Assembly (NCBI GenBank): GCA_951406725.2 | Contig: OX597825.1 | Span: forward strand, 43,772,001 to 43,836,000 | Source of the DNA: Octopus vulgaris | Lineage: Eukaryota | Direction: 5' to 3' | Length of the DNA stretch: 64,000 nt | Shown: piece after piece, positions 1-13,230 of the stretch | Numbering within the stretch: the first letter of the stretch is position 1 | Layout: every line of letters starts with the position of its first letter | Translations under genes and position numbers: made by a program | Notes under the pieces: model-generated | The model's database searches: none | What the model saw: the letters and a program-made list of their open reading frames with translations, nothing else | Told to the model about the DNA's origin: nothing

Positions 1-69
1 GCTAAGTTACGAAGACGTAAACACTCTAATACCCGTTGTCAAGCAGTGGGAAAGGACAAACACTGAAAT

Positions 70-75
<6 letters not shown>
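1..75 (-). mobile_element. SINE family A fragment (truncated by window edge)
   Basis: gctaagttacgaagacgtaaacac...ttgtcaagc...gacaaacac matches the full-length copy at 39617-40043. Confidence 0.75.
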
Positions 76-130
<55 letters not shown>

Positions 131-155
131 TACATACATACATGCATACATACAT

Positions 156-216
<61 letters not shown>
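72..216. repeat. Compound microsatellite (CA)n-(TACA)n-(TA)n, representative of dozens in the window
   Basis: Read directly from the sequence. Confidence 0.95.
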
Positions 217-218
<2 letters not shown>

Positions 219-458
219 GCTAAGCCCGGTTTTACCCGGTCGGTTTCGATGATGTGGCTGTAAAACCTGCTCTGTGCAAGCATTCGTCTTGTTTGGGCAC
301 GCTTACGTTAAAAACAATTTTAGAATAACATTTTTTTCTGTCAAAATGCTAAAAATAACTGACCAACAAAAAAAACAACCAAGATTCAACCAAATCAAAA
401 TATAAACTCAAATACTAAGTGAACAAAGATGAACCATCTTACTTCCATTGCGCGCGCG

Positions 459-492
<34 letters not shown>

Positions 493-859
493 TCACACAT
501 ACGCACAAACATATTCACATACCCCCTTTTACATACACACACATATATTCACACAGAGTTGAAACGCTATTTGATTTATCTTTTCAGCGAACAATTTTCA
601 TCACCCCACTACCAAGTATCACTCGTTCCTTTCTTATTCATCTATCACCCCTTCCTTTCTCATTCATAAACACAAGATTATTATTATAGTAGATTATCTC
701 GGTAACCATAGGAGCTAAGAAAAAATACAAAGCCCATCATCACCACTGGATCATTCTACACATCTGTGTAATTTTTTGCGCAATTCCACCCAGCCATTGA
801 GCGTGGATCCCAAGACAAGAAAGAATCGCCCATGTCAAATTTATATGTATCGATATATA

Positions 860-1075
860 TTCTTTTATTCTTTTATTTGTTTCAGTCATTTGATTGCGGC
901 CATGCTGGAGCATCGCCTTTAGTCGAAAAAATCGACCTCAGGACTTATTCTTTGTAAGCCTAGTACTTATTCTATCGGCCACTTTTGCCGAACCGCTAAG
1001 TTACGAGGACGTGAACACACCAACATCGGTTGTCAAGCGATTGTGGGGGGACAAACACAGACACGCAAAAATACA
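860..1075 (-). mobile_element. SINE family A, 3' part
   Basis: tttcagtcatttgattgcggccatgctggagcatcgcctttagtcg... is shared with more than 10 copies in the window. Confidence 0.85.
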
Positions 1076-1119
1076 TACGCGCGCGCTCGCACACACACAC
1101 ACACACACACACAAACACG

Positions 1120-1375
1120 CTGGAGTTGAACTAGGGACAGCTGATGAAGGGGATTTTTCCTTGTGTGTTTGTCTTGTACTCTGTTTTTTCGTTGTTAAAA
1201 AAAAGGTCCGTTCCATGCTTGTTTTTACGTTTTCGTTTCTCGTTGAGTTCTACGTCTATTTGTGGTGTCCTGTACTCACGTATATATATTTATATATGCA
1301 TGTATATATACATGTAGATGTAGGTACGTACATATATGTATGTATGTATGCATATATTTTATTTATTACACTATT
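1120..1375 (+). mobile_element. Dispersed repeat with cagCTGATGAaggg head (probable PLE terminal repeat); relatives at 41700-41950 (+) and 53157-53470 (-)
   Basis: 1270-1375 is a near-identical reverse complement of 53157-53260, and the ctgatgaaggg motif is shared by all three copies. Confidence 0.65.
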
Positions 1376-1447
1376 GTATGACTGAGCGCCCTCGCGTCGA
1401 TTCAATTCGATTCGTTTCGTTTCGTTTCGTTTCTTCTTCTCTAAGCA

Positions 1448-1529
<82 letters not shown>

Positions 1530-1565
1530 AAATTTAGAGGACTGACCACTAAAAAAATGGATTAC

Positions 1566-1640
1566 CTATGTACTAATAAGTTTCACTTGTTAATATTTAC
1601 GTATATGGATACGCAAATATCTGCAAGATCATCAGCATAG
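1566..1640 (-). ncRNA. Type I hammerhead ribozyme motif (family L)
   Basis: Minus strand reads ctatg-CTGATGA-t.cttg...caag.t-GAAA-cttattag-TA-catag, giving perfect stem I, an intact core and a GUA cleavage triplet. Confidence 0.75.
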
Positions 1641-1952
1641 ACTGTCGTTTACAAAACATAATTCCCAGAACTAGATACAGAACGCTCGACCGGGTTTTTT
1701 TTTATTTCGTATATTTTCATTTGTCTTGCTTGTTTTTACGCTTTGCATTTTTGCTGAATTGTTTTCTTGAGAATTTTTTTCTTCGTGGAAAATGGCGATT
1801 TTGACGTCTATATCTAGCATATAGGCTGTCCATTTTTTTAGTGATCAGTGCTCTAAATTTTGTATGTAAAAAAAATGTTAGTCTTCGGATTAAATTTTAA
1901 TTGATTAATATCAATTTCTACCCTTATTTAATTTTATATATACATATATATA

Positions 1953-2080
1953 TGACGAGCTTCTATCAGTTTCCGCCTACCAAATCAACCGAGGCTATAG
2001 TAGAAGACACTTGCTCAAGGTGCCACGCAATGGGACTGAACCCGGAAGTAGGTGGTTGGTAAGCAAGCTACTTACCACAC
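1953..2080 (-). mobile_element. SINE family A, 5' (tRNA-like head) part
   Basis: gacacttgctcaaggtgccacgcaatgggactgaacccgg...ctacttaccacac. Confidence 0.8.
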
Positions 2081-2143
2081 TTACCACTTACCACTGAACT
2101 CAACACATTTTTTTCATTTTCGCTCAATTTATTTCCTCTCATT

Positions 2144-2181
2144 CCTTCCTGTTGAAGAGTGTAGGCTCGAAACGTAAAAGA
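2144..2181 (+). ncRNA. Minimal HHR-like motif (family A; U at core position 6, extra A after A9)
   Basis: CTGTTGA-a-gagt gtag gctc-GAAA-cg-TA-aaaga; stem I is degenerate in this copy. Confidence 0.5.
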
Positions 2182-2307
2182 CTTTTCCATTTTTCCCGAG
2201 CGTCAAACTAAAACGCTTGTTGTTCCTACACCTGTCATCGTCTTTGTTTTTCTATAAATTTGAACTATATATATACATATATATGTATAATATATATATA
2301 TGTGTGT

Positions 2308-2380
<73 letters not shown>

Positions 2381-2412
2381 ATCAAAATAAGCAACAAGGA
2401 TATCCAGAGGTA

Positions 2413-2506
2413 ATGCAGTACGATCGTTTCATGCGACTCTATTTAATTGAACAATGCAATCATTTCATTACATCGATTTAAAATGTAGAGCAATCTTCAG
2501 CTGTAC
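2413..2506 (-). ncRNA. Type I hammerhead ribozyme motif (family B)
   Basis: Minus strand reads gtacag-CTGAAGA-ttgctc...gagtcgcat-GAAA-cgatcg-TA-ctgcat. Confidence 0.7.
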
Positions 2507-3125
2507 AAACATATAGAATCTAATTAAATTAGGACACATATGTATAATTTTATCCAAAATCTCCAAGAGGATAAGGACATAGACAAAGAACATGTTTTAC
2601 CAGATGAAAATGAGGTAGTTGTACATATCTCTAGGTTTTGTCAGAGATTATAAAGTACAATAATAAATATAAATATAAATATAAGATAAACAAAATACAC
2701 AGATTTGAATATATATATATATATATGCATGAATATACATACATATATGGTTATACATAATTAATTATATATACATACATACATACATACATACATACAT
2801 ACATACATACATACATACATACATACATACAAATATACTGAAATATACATGCACATCTACATCCATAAGTACATATAATATTCAGTTATTACTAATATTC
2901 ATGTTTTTTGATAATTACTTTATCCTTATTTTATATGCATAGAATAATATGCTATATGTATGTATGTTATTATAATCATCAGTTTAATAAATAAGTTAAC
3001 ATTTTTAATGTCCTAAAGTTGATGTACCAACTATTGTTCTCCTCCATTTTCCTATTTGCAATATATATATGATAGATCGTTAGCTACTACACACATTTTT
3101 TTCTCTCCTTGTTTTTTTCTGTGTA

Positions 3126-3163
3126 TCTTTCTGTAGAAGAGCGTAGGCTGGAAACGTAAAAGA
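3126..3163 (+). ncRNA. Minimal HHR-like motif (family A)
   Basis: tcttt-CTGTAGA-a-gagc gtag gctg-GAAA-cg-TA-aaaga; stem I tcttt/aaaga is perfect. Confidence 0.55.
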
Positions 3164-3585
3164 CTTTTTCTATTCCTGAGCGCTATACTAATACATCTGT
3201 TTGTTTGTACACCACCTGCCTTCGTCTTTTGTTTATTTTCGTAAACATTCCCTTTATACATATATATATATATATATATATATCGCTTAGGCATTGCAAT
3301 ACTAATAAACTGGTGTAGAACTCAATACATGTATACTTCTGAACGAAGCGTTAGTCGAGTTCAGAACAGAAACAATAAAAGAGATTAGAAAAGACTAAAC
3401 GAATATCATATGAACTTCATTAGCTCACAGTCCAATATATTATATATATTGTTGACGTCATGTGTAGAGAAGATATGGGTTCGTGTCCCGCGGGCAGCTT
3501 TCAACTTTTTCAACCCAATATTTACGTGCTGTTGTTTATAGATTTATATGTACTCCACGACCCAATTCTCAAAAAGAAATATGTA

Positions 3586-3660
<75 letters not shown>

Positions 3661-3679
3661 ATATGTATATATATATATG

Positions 3680-4347
<668 letters not shown>

Positions 4348-4413
4348 GGATATACCGATCTTATCAGGTGGCCAGCATAGAAATAAAAACCTTTCAAAGG
4401 TAATAATTATTTA

Positions 4414-4578
4414 AAATTATAATTTAGGTGATCTAAGAGATACCATCACGCTAGAAATAGCAGTCAAAACTTGACTCTAAATCCACATTAAATGGTCGTT
4501 TAATGTGGTTTTAGAGTTAAGTTTTGACTGCTATTTCTAGCTGTGATGGTATCTCTCAGATAACCTAAATTATAATTT
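4414..4578. repeat. Near-perfect fold-back inverted repeat (about 80-bp arms)
   Basis: aattataatttagg...gctagaaatagcagtcaaaactt versus aagttttgactgctatttctagc...cctaaattataatt. Confidence 0.85.
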
Positions 4579-4644
4579 ATATATATATATATATATAATT
4601 AGCATGGAAATAAGTATATGTATTGATGGAAAAACCTCTATAAA

Positions 4645-4728
4645 TGGCTGATGATAGCTCAACATTTTAAAACTGTTGTAATACTTACAATGTTTAATAA
4701 AATGATGTAGCGTGAAACGATCGTACCA
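4645..4728 (+). ncRNA. Type I hammerhead ribozyme motif (family B, diverged)
   Basis: tgg-CTGATGA-tagct...agcgt-GAAA-cgatcg-TA-cca; stem I is tgg/cca here and cag/ctg in the other copies. Confidence 0.6.
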
Positions 4729-4913
4729 AATTGCCGAAGATATTCTTGTTGCTTATTTTGAGTATATATATATATATATATATATATTTAAGTAGGTGAA
4801 TGAATTATCCTATGTTTATCGTCAGCATGGAAAATTCGTTTAACCGAAACCTGGGTAGCAAATTTACGTCAGGAATTTTGTTGACATCTTCGTTCGACTC
4901 CATTCTTTCATTC

Positions 4914-4977
<64 letters not shown>

Positions 4978-4980
<3 letters not shown>

Positions 4981-5125
4981 TGCAGCGTGTCTATATGGTA
5001 AAAAGCTTGCTTCCCAACCACGTTGTTCCGAGTTTAGTCCCTGGGCCTGTGTCTTCCACTGTACCCTCGGACTGACCAAAGCCTTCTTCGTGGATTTGGT
5101 AGACAAACTGAAAGCAGTCCATCAT
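4978..5125 (+). mobile_element. SINE family A, 5' part, diverged
   Basis: tggtaaaaagcttgcttcccaaccac...ggatttggtagacaaactgaaag. Confidence 0.7.
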
Positions 5126-5134
5126 ACATATATA

Positions 5135-5209
<75 letters not shown>

Positions 5210-5693
5210 TGAGAGCAGTGAATCGGAGGAGAAACGTGGTTGGTGAATCACTGAAGAGGTTACATGATGTGTGATAAAAGATTTGCAGACAAAGAATATA
5301 AAATAAAAACAATAATAAATCTAAAGTGAAGAGTGAATATATAATGCGTGTGTTTGCCAAAATAAAAAAAAATGACCGTCCCGAAATATAACAAAGTAGC
5401 TGTCATTCTTCTCTAGTCTCATATATATTGAAAATGTTTCCATCAAATGATTTCAAAATTTTACCAACTGGTTTGACTTTATTACAACAACTATGTATGT
5501 CTACATAGATATATAGATACTATACACACACACAAATACACATACACGTACACACGCACCCATACTTTAAAGGATGCTGAACAAAACAAGATGCTTTCTT
5601 TCACAACTTTCCTACGATGCAGGTGGCCGGTCAAAATACATTCTGAATTCAGATGAGAAAGAGAACACATAACATACATGCGCGTGCGTGCAT

Positions 5694-5730
<37 letters not shown>

Positions 5731-5740
5731 TACACATATA

Positions 5741-6015
5741 GGCACAGGTATGGCTGTGTGGTGCCTCGGGCAAACCAAAGCCTTGTGAGTGGATTCGGTA
5801 GGCGAAAACTGAAAGAAGACCGTCGCATGTATGTGTGCGTGTATGGGAGGTGTATTTATGAGTGTTTCTTTGTGCTTGTGTTTGTCCCCCCGCCACCATC
5901 GCTTGACAACCGATGTTGATGTGTTTATGTTCCCGTAACATAGCGGTTCGGTAAAGGAGACCGATAGAAAAAGTACTCGACTTACAAAGAAGGGTCGATT
6001 TCTTCGACTAAAACC
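5741..6015 (+). mobile_element. SINE family A with internal deletion
   Basis: ggcacaggtatggctgtgtgg...ccaaagccttgtgagtggatt...gcttgacaaccgatg. Confidence 0.8.
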
Positions 6016-6181
6016 ATTATATATAACATATATTTGCATGCGCGGACGGAGGGGCGGATGGATGATGTATGACTGTGTATCATAAAACTTGATAAAGTTT
6101 TGATTTTTCACATGTAATCGAGCTAAGAAGGATGAAGTGTAATCTGACAGAAATAACAGCCAGATCTCTGTCACACACATA

Positions 6182-6268
<87 letters not shown>

Positions 6269-6835
6269 CTAAGACTCGGTGTGTATACTTACAGACTAAT
6301 GCTACATATTCGATGCCTGAAATAAAATTGCGTCCAGTCCACAGCAAAATATCTTTAATCAAGCGATCTGTTCAATCGATAAAGTCCCGCTTAGCATTAA
6401 AAAATAACAACGACAAACTTTCTTCAGATCAAAAAGTCAAACATATTTTGAAGGAAAGACTTACTCTTTTATTTGTGTTTATAAGAGACTTATTGTCAGT
6501 AAATTCCGCTTGTATTTTCTTCTCTCAGTAAATAGGTCGCTCGTACCTATTAAAAAAATAATACACGGTATTGCTGTTGCTATAGCAACAGGTTTTTGAA
6601 ACGGTGTTTAGTGGATAAATACACCCTGTGTAGAAAACTCCGTTACACTGTTAGTGTGGATGACTCCTTTGCGTGTGTGTGTGTGTGTGTGTATGTGTGT
6701 GTGTGTGTGTGTGCGTGCGTATATGTGTGCGTGTGTGCGTGTGCGTCAGTGTGTGTGAGTGTGTGTCTATGTATGTAGCGTGTATATGTTTGTGCATGCG
6801 TACGAATGTATAGTCTAAATATATACATATATAAA

Positions 6836-7200
6836 TCATCATCATCATTGTTCGACCGTGGTCGAGACAATGGAATTTACTATGTTGCGCCAGACTTCAC
6901 GGTCCATCATAGCATTACGGAGGTCCTGTTGCTGGATGCCTGTATCCCTGGAGATTACATCAGGGTAGGAGAGTGTGCGCCCTCTGGTGTTGCGAGTAGA
7001 TGGCTTCCAGAGGAGAAGAGTAGAAATTACTTCTTTTTCAGCTCTACAACAATGTCCAGCAAACTGGACTCTCCTACCTTTCACAAGAGATGACACAGGT
7101 GGTAATTTCCCATATATTTGCATTTTAGTTGGATGGCGCCTCCACGAGAGATTTTGAGCTCTCATAAGGAGGCGAGTGTAGGTTCCATCCAACCGCCTCT
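6836..7200 (-). mobile_element. RTE-clade LINE 3' end (5'-truncated)
   Basis: The ORF ...LLMRAQNLSWRRH...RRVQFAGHC...AMMDREVWRNIV matches the RTE C-terminus and is followed by a (TGA)n tail. Confidence 0.8.
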
Positions 7201-7315
7201 CAAGCTTCTTTGATAACGTCCAGGTTTCTGAGCCATATAGTAGGATTGGTTCGACTGTGGCTTTGAATATTTCTATATAAATAGACAGACAGACATGCAG
7301 ATAGACAAACAGGTG

Positions 7316-7437
<122 letters not shown>

Positions 7438-7469
7438 CTTATGTGTTTGATTGCATGTATGTATGTATG

Positions 7470-8289
7470 TGTAGCGAATGTTGCATGCATGATGTGGATT
7501 CGATCCAAATTTAAATTAACACTGCTACAGAATTTTTCCCACGATGGAACAATGGTTTTTCTCTGACAACAGTTATTACATTTTCCAGATGCCTTTAGCT
7601 GGCCAAAATAAGGTCTTCACCACTTGACCCTTTCTAACCTCTTCTACTTCACCTAAAGCTAGAATAGAGATAACAAGACCACCAACTAAATCTATTGTTC
7701 TCAATGATATATCTATCCTTCTGGATCTTTATATAAGCAAGCATACCCCAAGCAAAAATCAGTTAGTCACCAGCCGGGTGACGACTCGACTAGAGTCAGT
7801 CACATCGTGAGGACTCGACTAGGGTCAGTCACATCGTGACGACTCGACTAGGGTCAGTCCCATCGTGACGACACAACGAGGTCTGGCTGACCAACCTTGG
7901 TCAGAGGGAGAAAGCAACTGTGAGACAGACCATACAATTCTCTTTAGCTCTAATTCTGTTCTCCTACAACATCATTCTATCTGTGGATTACTATTAACTA
8001 TACGTTAAACTATGTAAAGAAAACATTCTACCGCAGCAAACTTTACTTTCGCATGCTTTTGGATTTATCATAACCTGCTCGTCGAGGCAAGGTAATTATA
8101 ACGTAACGGTAAATAAACATTTCTTTAAAACTTCATGCATTGTTCATCTTACACATTTTACAACTCGCAGTTTTAGTAACAAACTTTTATCGTCACAACT
8201 GCTGACCATAACATTTCATAATATTGTTTACCAATTAAATATCTACCGTTACAATTGGTAACTTCTACTAATCTAATTAAAGCCGTTAC

Positions 8290-8290
<1 letters not shown>
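7470..8290 (+). mobile_element. Solo LTR (TG...CA), probably Gypsy-type; orientation tentative
   Basis: Starts TGTAGCG and ends CGTTACA, is flanked by TATG/TATG, and is homologous over its length to 37310-38170. Confidence 0.65.
7778..7872. repeat. 29-bp tandem repeat (about 3.3 copies) inside the solo LTR
   Basis: gtgacgactcgactag(a/g)gtcagtcacatc repeated three times. Confidence 0.9.
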
Positions 8291-8320
<30 letters not shown>

Positions 8321-8641
8321 TGTATGTATGTATGTATGTATGTATGTATGTATGTATGTATGTTTGTATTTGCGTGAGGGAGTATATAAAAAGTATGCAT
8401 TTTCACGTGAGTTTATAACTGTTTTTTATAGTTCGTTCTAAAACAATCCAGAGAATTATCAATTTAACCGGTCTGTATAAATTGTATGAAACTAGTGTGG
8501 TGAGTGCCATTGCACGAAACTATCGGCTCCTTGAGTCACCCTGTCGCTTCTGCCGATTACTAAATAAATGCATGTATACGTGTGAGTGTGTGTGTGTGTG
8601 TGTGTGCATGCGTGCGTGCGTGTACATACATATCTACATAC

Positions 8642-8698
<57 letters not shown>

Positions 8699-8700
<2 letters not shown>

Positions 8701-9530
8701 CGTAGTCTGATCAATAAGTATCCGGATCGTTGCCCTAGTAACGAAGATAAAGCACATAGAGTGAAGCCGCTTAGTACAGATTGACCTTCAACTCTGCTAT
8801 GCATGCGCATTAAGTTCTAACGTTCTAACTTACTTCCACTGTTTACAGCAGTTCTTAGAAGTAACGTAAGTAGCGTGTGTTCGTCGCATTGACCATAACA
8901 GAGAAAGTTGAGCAGTTAAACCTGCATCAAATTTTGGCGATACCTACTCAGAGGCCTACGCAAAGTTTTCAAGAATTTTTCATCGTTCTAAAAGCTATTT
9001 TAATACAAACTTAGCCGACACGTGCCTCATACTCAAATCCTCAGTGATAATAGACTGAAATGAACCGTAACTAATCTGCACATCCTCTGTTAATTCACGA
9101 ATGGTGATTCGATGATTTCCCCTCTGAGCTGCACGCACATCTGCGATGTTTTTCTCAGTTCCGTAGGTTGCAGGTCTCCCAGGATGTTCGTCACTATCAA
9201 CATTTTTTCGGCTATCTTGGAAACGTCTAAACCACTCGTACACTTGTGTGCGGTTCATACGCTCCTCTCCATACACTTTCTGCAACTTTTCGTCGACCTC
9301 TGAGTAGGTATCGCCATGACAACTTTCTCTGTCATGGTCAATGCGACGATCACACGTTACACACCTTCCCTCCGAGCACTGCTGTAAACAGTGGAACTGA
9401 GCTAGAACGTTAAAACTTAGTGCACATGCACAACAGAAGTCCAGATCAATCTGTGCCAAGCGGCTTTACTCTACATGCTTTAATTTCGTTACTATAGCAA
9501 CAGTCAGGATACTTATTGATCACACCTCAT
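8699..9530 (-). mobile_element. Mariner-derived fold-back element carrying the transposase N-terminus
   Basis: Long inverted arms (tgatcaataagtatcc... / ...ggatacttattgatca). The ORF reads LQKVYGEERMNRTQVYEWFRRF...PGRP...ITIREL...SAKFV (HTH region up to the WVPR-like motif). Confidence 0.85.
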
Positions 9531-9624
9531 ACATATATATGTATACTCATATATGTGCATACATGTGAACGTGTGTGCGCACAAGCGCATGTGTATTCAT
9601 GTGTATGCGTGCGTGCGTGTGTGT

Positions 9625-10625
9625 TGCCAACAAGCAAGTTTGATGAATTCTTCAACACCACAAATCTACACCAAGAAGATTACATTGACAGAGAAGGAGA
9701 GGATGTAATATCAGTCATGAATGGGATGAAATCAAACTGGGCAACGGGCCCTGATGTTTTTCCAGTTATTCATTTAAATGCATGCAAGAGATCTCTTGCA
9801 AAATCATTGTAGATACTTTTTCAGAGTTTCCTCTCATGTGGCAAGCTTCACAAAATGTTAGAAAAGAATATATCATATACTCGAGCAGATGCTAAGAATT
9901 ACAGGCTTAACTCTCTGACCTTACATGTTAGCAAAGTCATGGAAATGCATCGTCAGGAGGAATCTCATCCCGATTCTAACAGGTAGCATAGCCTCAGTCC
10001 AGGAAGGAGACGCTTTATTCAGCTGCTATAGCATTATGACAGAGTACTGGAACAACGATCGTCAGGTCAGGGATGTTCTATGGTCAAGGAGTCGGCGACT
10101 AAACTGGTTCTCCCATTTGAGTAACTAACCACTCTTGTGAACAGAGTGTCTGGACACAGCAGGACTAAAAACAAGACCTGTCGAAGGATGAATGGGGCCA
10201 CAGATTGAAATCAGAATACGCGGCGGTAGGAAATATTGCAATCCCAAAATCAGAGTTAGTATATCACTTGGAATCTAAATGAGTGGCAATGCATCATTCC
10301 ATGCACGTCTTACTAAGAAGGCAACAATGTACAGGTGACACACGAGCTGGATTCTAGGATCATTCAGAACGTGGAAAAGAAAACCATGATTCTTCCATGG
10401 AGAACATTTGTTCTCACTCGCCTAGATTACTGCTTCTAATTATCGTCACCTCAAAGCGTCAAACCACTAGAACCAATCCAATGCCACTATACCTAGAAGA
10501 TTGCTTCGGCGTAAGGTGAGCAACTAGGAGAAGCTAAAAGAACTGAGGATTTACTCCCCAGAGAGAAAATATGAAAGGTATGCAGTAAAGTGTCCGTGCG
10601 TGCGTGTGCGCGCGAGCGTGTGTGC

Positions 10626-10701
<76 letters not shown>

Positions 10702-11050
10702 GCGTGCGTGCGCGTGCGTGCGTACGTGCGCGTGCGTGCGTACGTGCGCGTGCGTGTGTGCGTGTGTAAGAACCTTGAAGATTCAGCACCTAACTTTAGG
10801 ATTCACACCGGACTGGATGACACTGTATAGTACCAAAGATCCCACCTTCATCCAGAGTAAGGAACAATACTGCAACAGCTTAGAATCCAAAACCCAAAAC
10901 TTTTCAATAACTTGCCTAAAAGCTTCAGATATCTACGAGGAGTAGATGTGGAGCTGTATTCAAAGAACATTTGGACTAATTTTTACATGAGATACCATGT
11001 AAACCTACACCGCGTCAAGGAACACAAAGAAGAACAACTTTGTCTAACTC
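9625..11050 (+). mobile_element. Decayed CR1-like LINE reverse transcriptase, interrupted by a (TG)n tract
   Basis: ATGPDVFP...LAKSL, NYR..SLT and later LVLTRLDYC-like motifs, with many stops and frameshifts. Confidence 0.65.
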
Positions 11051-11799
11051 AATACTCTGCCAGTAACGATTCAGGGCAGAGGGCCGAGATGTGTGACTAA
11101 ATTATACAAACATTAGTGCTAATGACGTTGCCCCAGCATGTCTACAGCCTCTAACTGAAACTAATATAGATACAATATGCATAGGGTAGGTAAGGTTAAA
11201 TCTCCAAATCTGAAAAATGAAATACAAAATAATGAGAACCAATCTATTTCTTCGTTCTTCTAATCGTTTCCATACTATCGGGAATGCAAACAACGGGATA
11301 AAAAAAGCAAACCCCTTATATAATCAGTAATACTCGAAAATTTGAAAATTATAACGCAACTCCTAGTAAAAACGACATTGTTTGAAACCCCGAAAATACC
11401 ATAGGTACAACTTCTATCTCCAGATTAAATAATAATGTCCAAGAAAGTCAACAGCATAGCGAGAAGTTTGGGGTGAGAAGTTAGTCGATTAGATCGATCT
11501 CAGTACCTAAAAGGTACTTAGGTACTTACCTAAAAGGTAATTAGCCCTAAAAAGATGAAAACCGAATAGCTCTATTTGAGATTTGTATCCAGAACGTCAT
11601 AACTAATTACATTAAGAACTAACAATTCTACCAGACCGAAGACCAAAAATAAAACTGTAGAGAATGACATTAAAAGATTTTCCCATAAAAACAAATACAG
11701 TAAAATTATCTCCCTTGAATTAGTTTTGCATATAGTTGAAAGTTGTTTCCCTTGCCAAGTTGCGTTAGCTAGTCGTACTATCAATGTATGACATGCATT

Positions 11800-12000
11800 A
11801 AGGCAGCGAGCTGGCCAAATACTTTGCAGCATTTCGTCCGTCTTCATGTTCTGAGTTCAAATTCCACCGAGGCTGGCTGTGCCTTTCATCCTTTTGAGGG
11901 TTAATAAAATATGCACCAGTTGTGCAATGGGGTCGCTGTAATCGACTGAGCTTCTGGCCTTCTGCCAAAATTGCTGGCCTTGGGCCAAAATTTGAAACTC
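11800..12000 (+). mobile_element. SINE family B
   Basis: ggcagcgagctggc...gagttcaaattcc (B box)...gcctttcatcctt...ccaaaatttgaaac. Confidence 0.8.
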
Positions 12001-12072
12001 TTATATTCAATGCAGAACATTTCAAACTGCAATATAATCCAAAGAAAAAACAATGTTCATTGTACATGCTAT

Positions 12073-13230
12073 ATGAGGGTCGGCCGAAAAGTTCATAGGC
12101 TGACCACAATACTCTTATGGAATCTGACCAGATTAAGTATGTGTTGTAGTGCTTAGATTCCATTGGTAAAGAAGCTTTCATCCTGTTGGACAAAAAAGTC
12201 ATCAACAGCAGATATGATGTCATTATCAGTATAATATTAGTTCCCAGTCAAGTATTTTTTTCATGTTGGGGAGCTGATGATAGTGAGATAGAGCCAAATC
12301 AAGAGAATAGGGAGGGTGATCAATCAGTTGAAATCCACAACTACTCACAGCAGCCATTGAAACCAAGGACTTGTGAACTGGAGCATTGTCCTCCTGGGCA
12401 GTTATTCTTGTGAACCTTTTGTGACTACCAAGGTTAGCATAGTACTCTCCATTGATGGTGCTTCCCAAAAAACTAAGGCCATCACCTTCCGTGCAGATGA
12501 AACGACCTTGGCCTTCTTTCGAGCTGGTTTAGGAGGTGTGTTTCCACTGCATAGATTGTCTCTTTATCTCTGGCTCAGAGTGATGAAGCCAACACTCATC
12601 CTGCGTTAGGAAACGTTCAAAAATACCGGCTGAATCTGCCTCAAACAATGTTAGATTTTCTTGTGATGTGATCCACCTGGTGCACTTTTGATCAAATGTC
12701 AGAAGATGTGATACTCACTGAGCAGAAACCTTCATCCGGCCAAGTGCATTATGCAGAATATTCCCAACTCTCTCATGGGAAATTATAATACCATTGGCTA
12801 TTTGATTTAAAGTCAATCGTCAGTCATCCATCACCATAAGATGAACACATCAATGTTTTCCATGGTGCTGGAAGTTGGAGGACGTTCAGGTCTTGAATCA
12901 TCTTCAAGAATCTCCCTTCACCTCCTAAATTCAGCTGTCTACTTTTGGACTGTTGATAAAGCTAGAACATCATCCCCTAATGTAGAAACCACGTCAGCAT
13001 GAATGTCCTTTTTCTGTAAGTAATTGATGATACCGCGAAGCCAAATTTTTTTCATTTTCAAGAGAAGTTGCTCCAAATTTGAACTTTTAAAGTCTTCCTT
13101 AAACAGTCAGATATCAGTTTATCTGGAAAGAAACAATGCAGTTATTAATTGGAAAAGTTGAAATTAATGCAAGATTTCACAGCTCCAGCATCACTCCTTC
13201 AAAGTCAGTCTATGAACTTTTCAACAGCAC
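12073..13230 (-). mobile_element. Decayed mariner (DD34D-type) transposon
   Basis: TIRs gaaaagttcataggctgac / gtcagtctatgaacttttc; TINGEYY, DNAPVH and HPPYSLDL motifs. Confidence 0.85.

Noticed and set aside
5225-5265. gaaacgtggtt...ctgaagagg as a permuted hammerhead
   Set aside because: The stems cannot be formed in the required register.
7778-7872. 29-bp repeats resembling a CRISPR array
   Set aside because: The repeats are contiguous with no unique spacers, there are no cas genes, and the context is a eukaryotic LTR.
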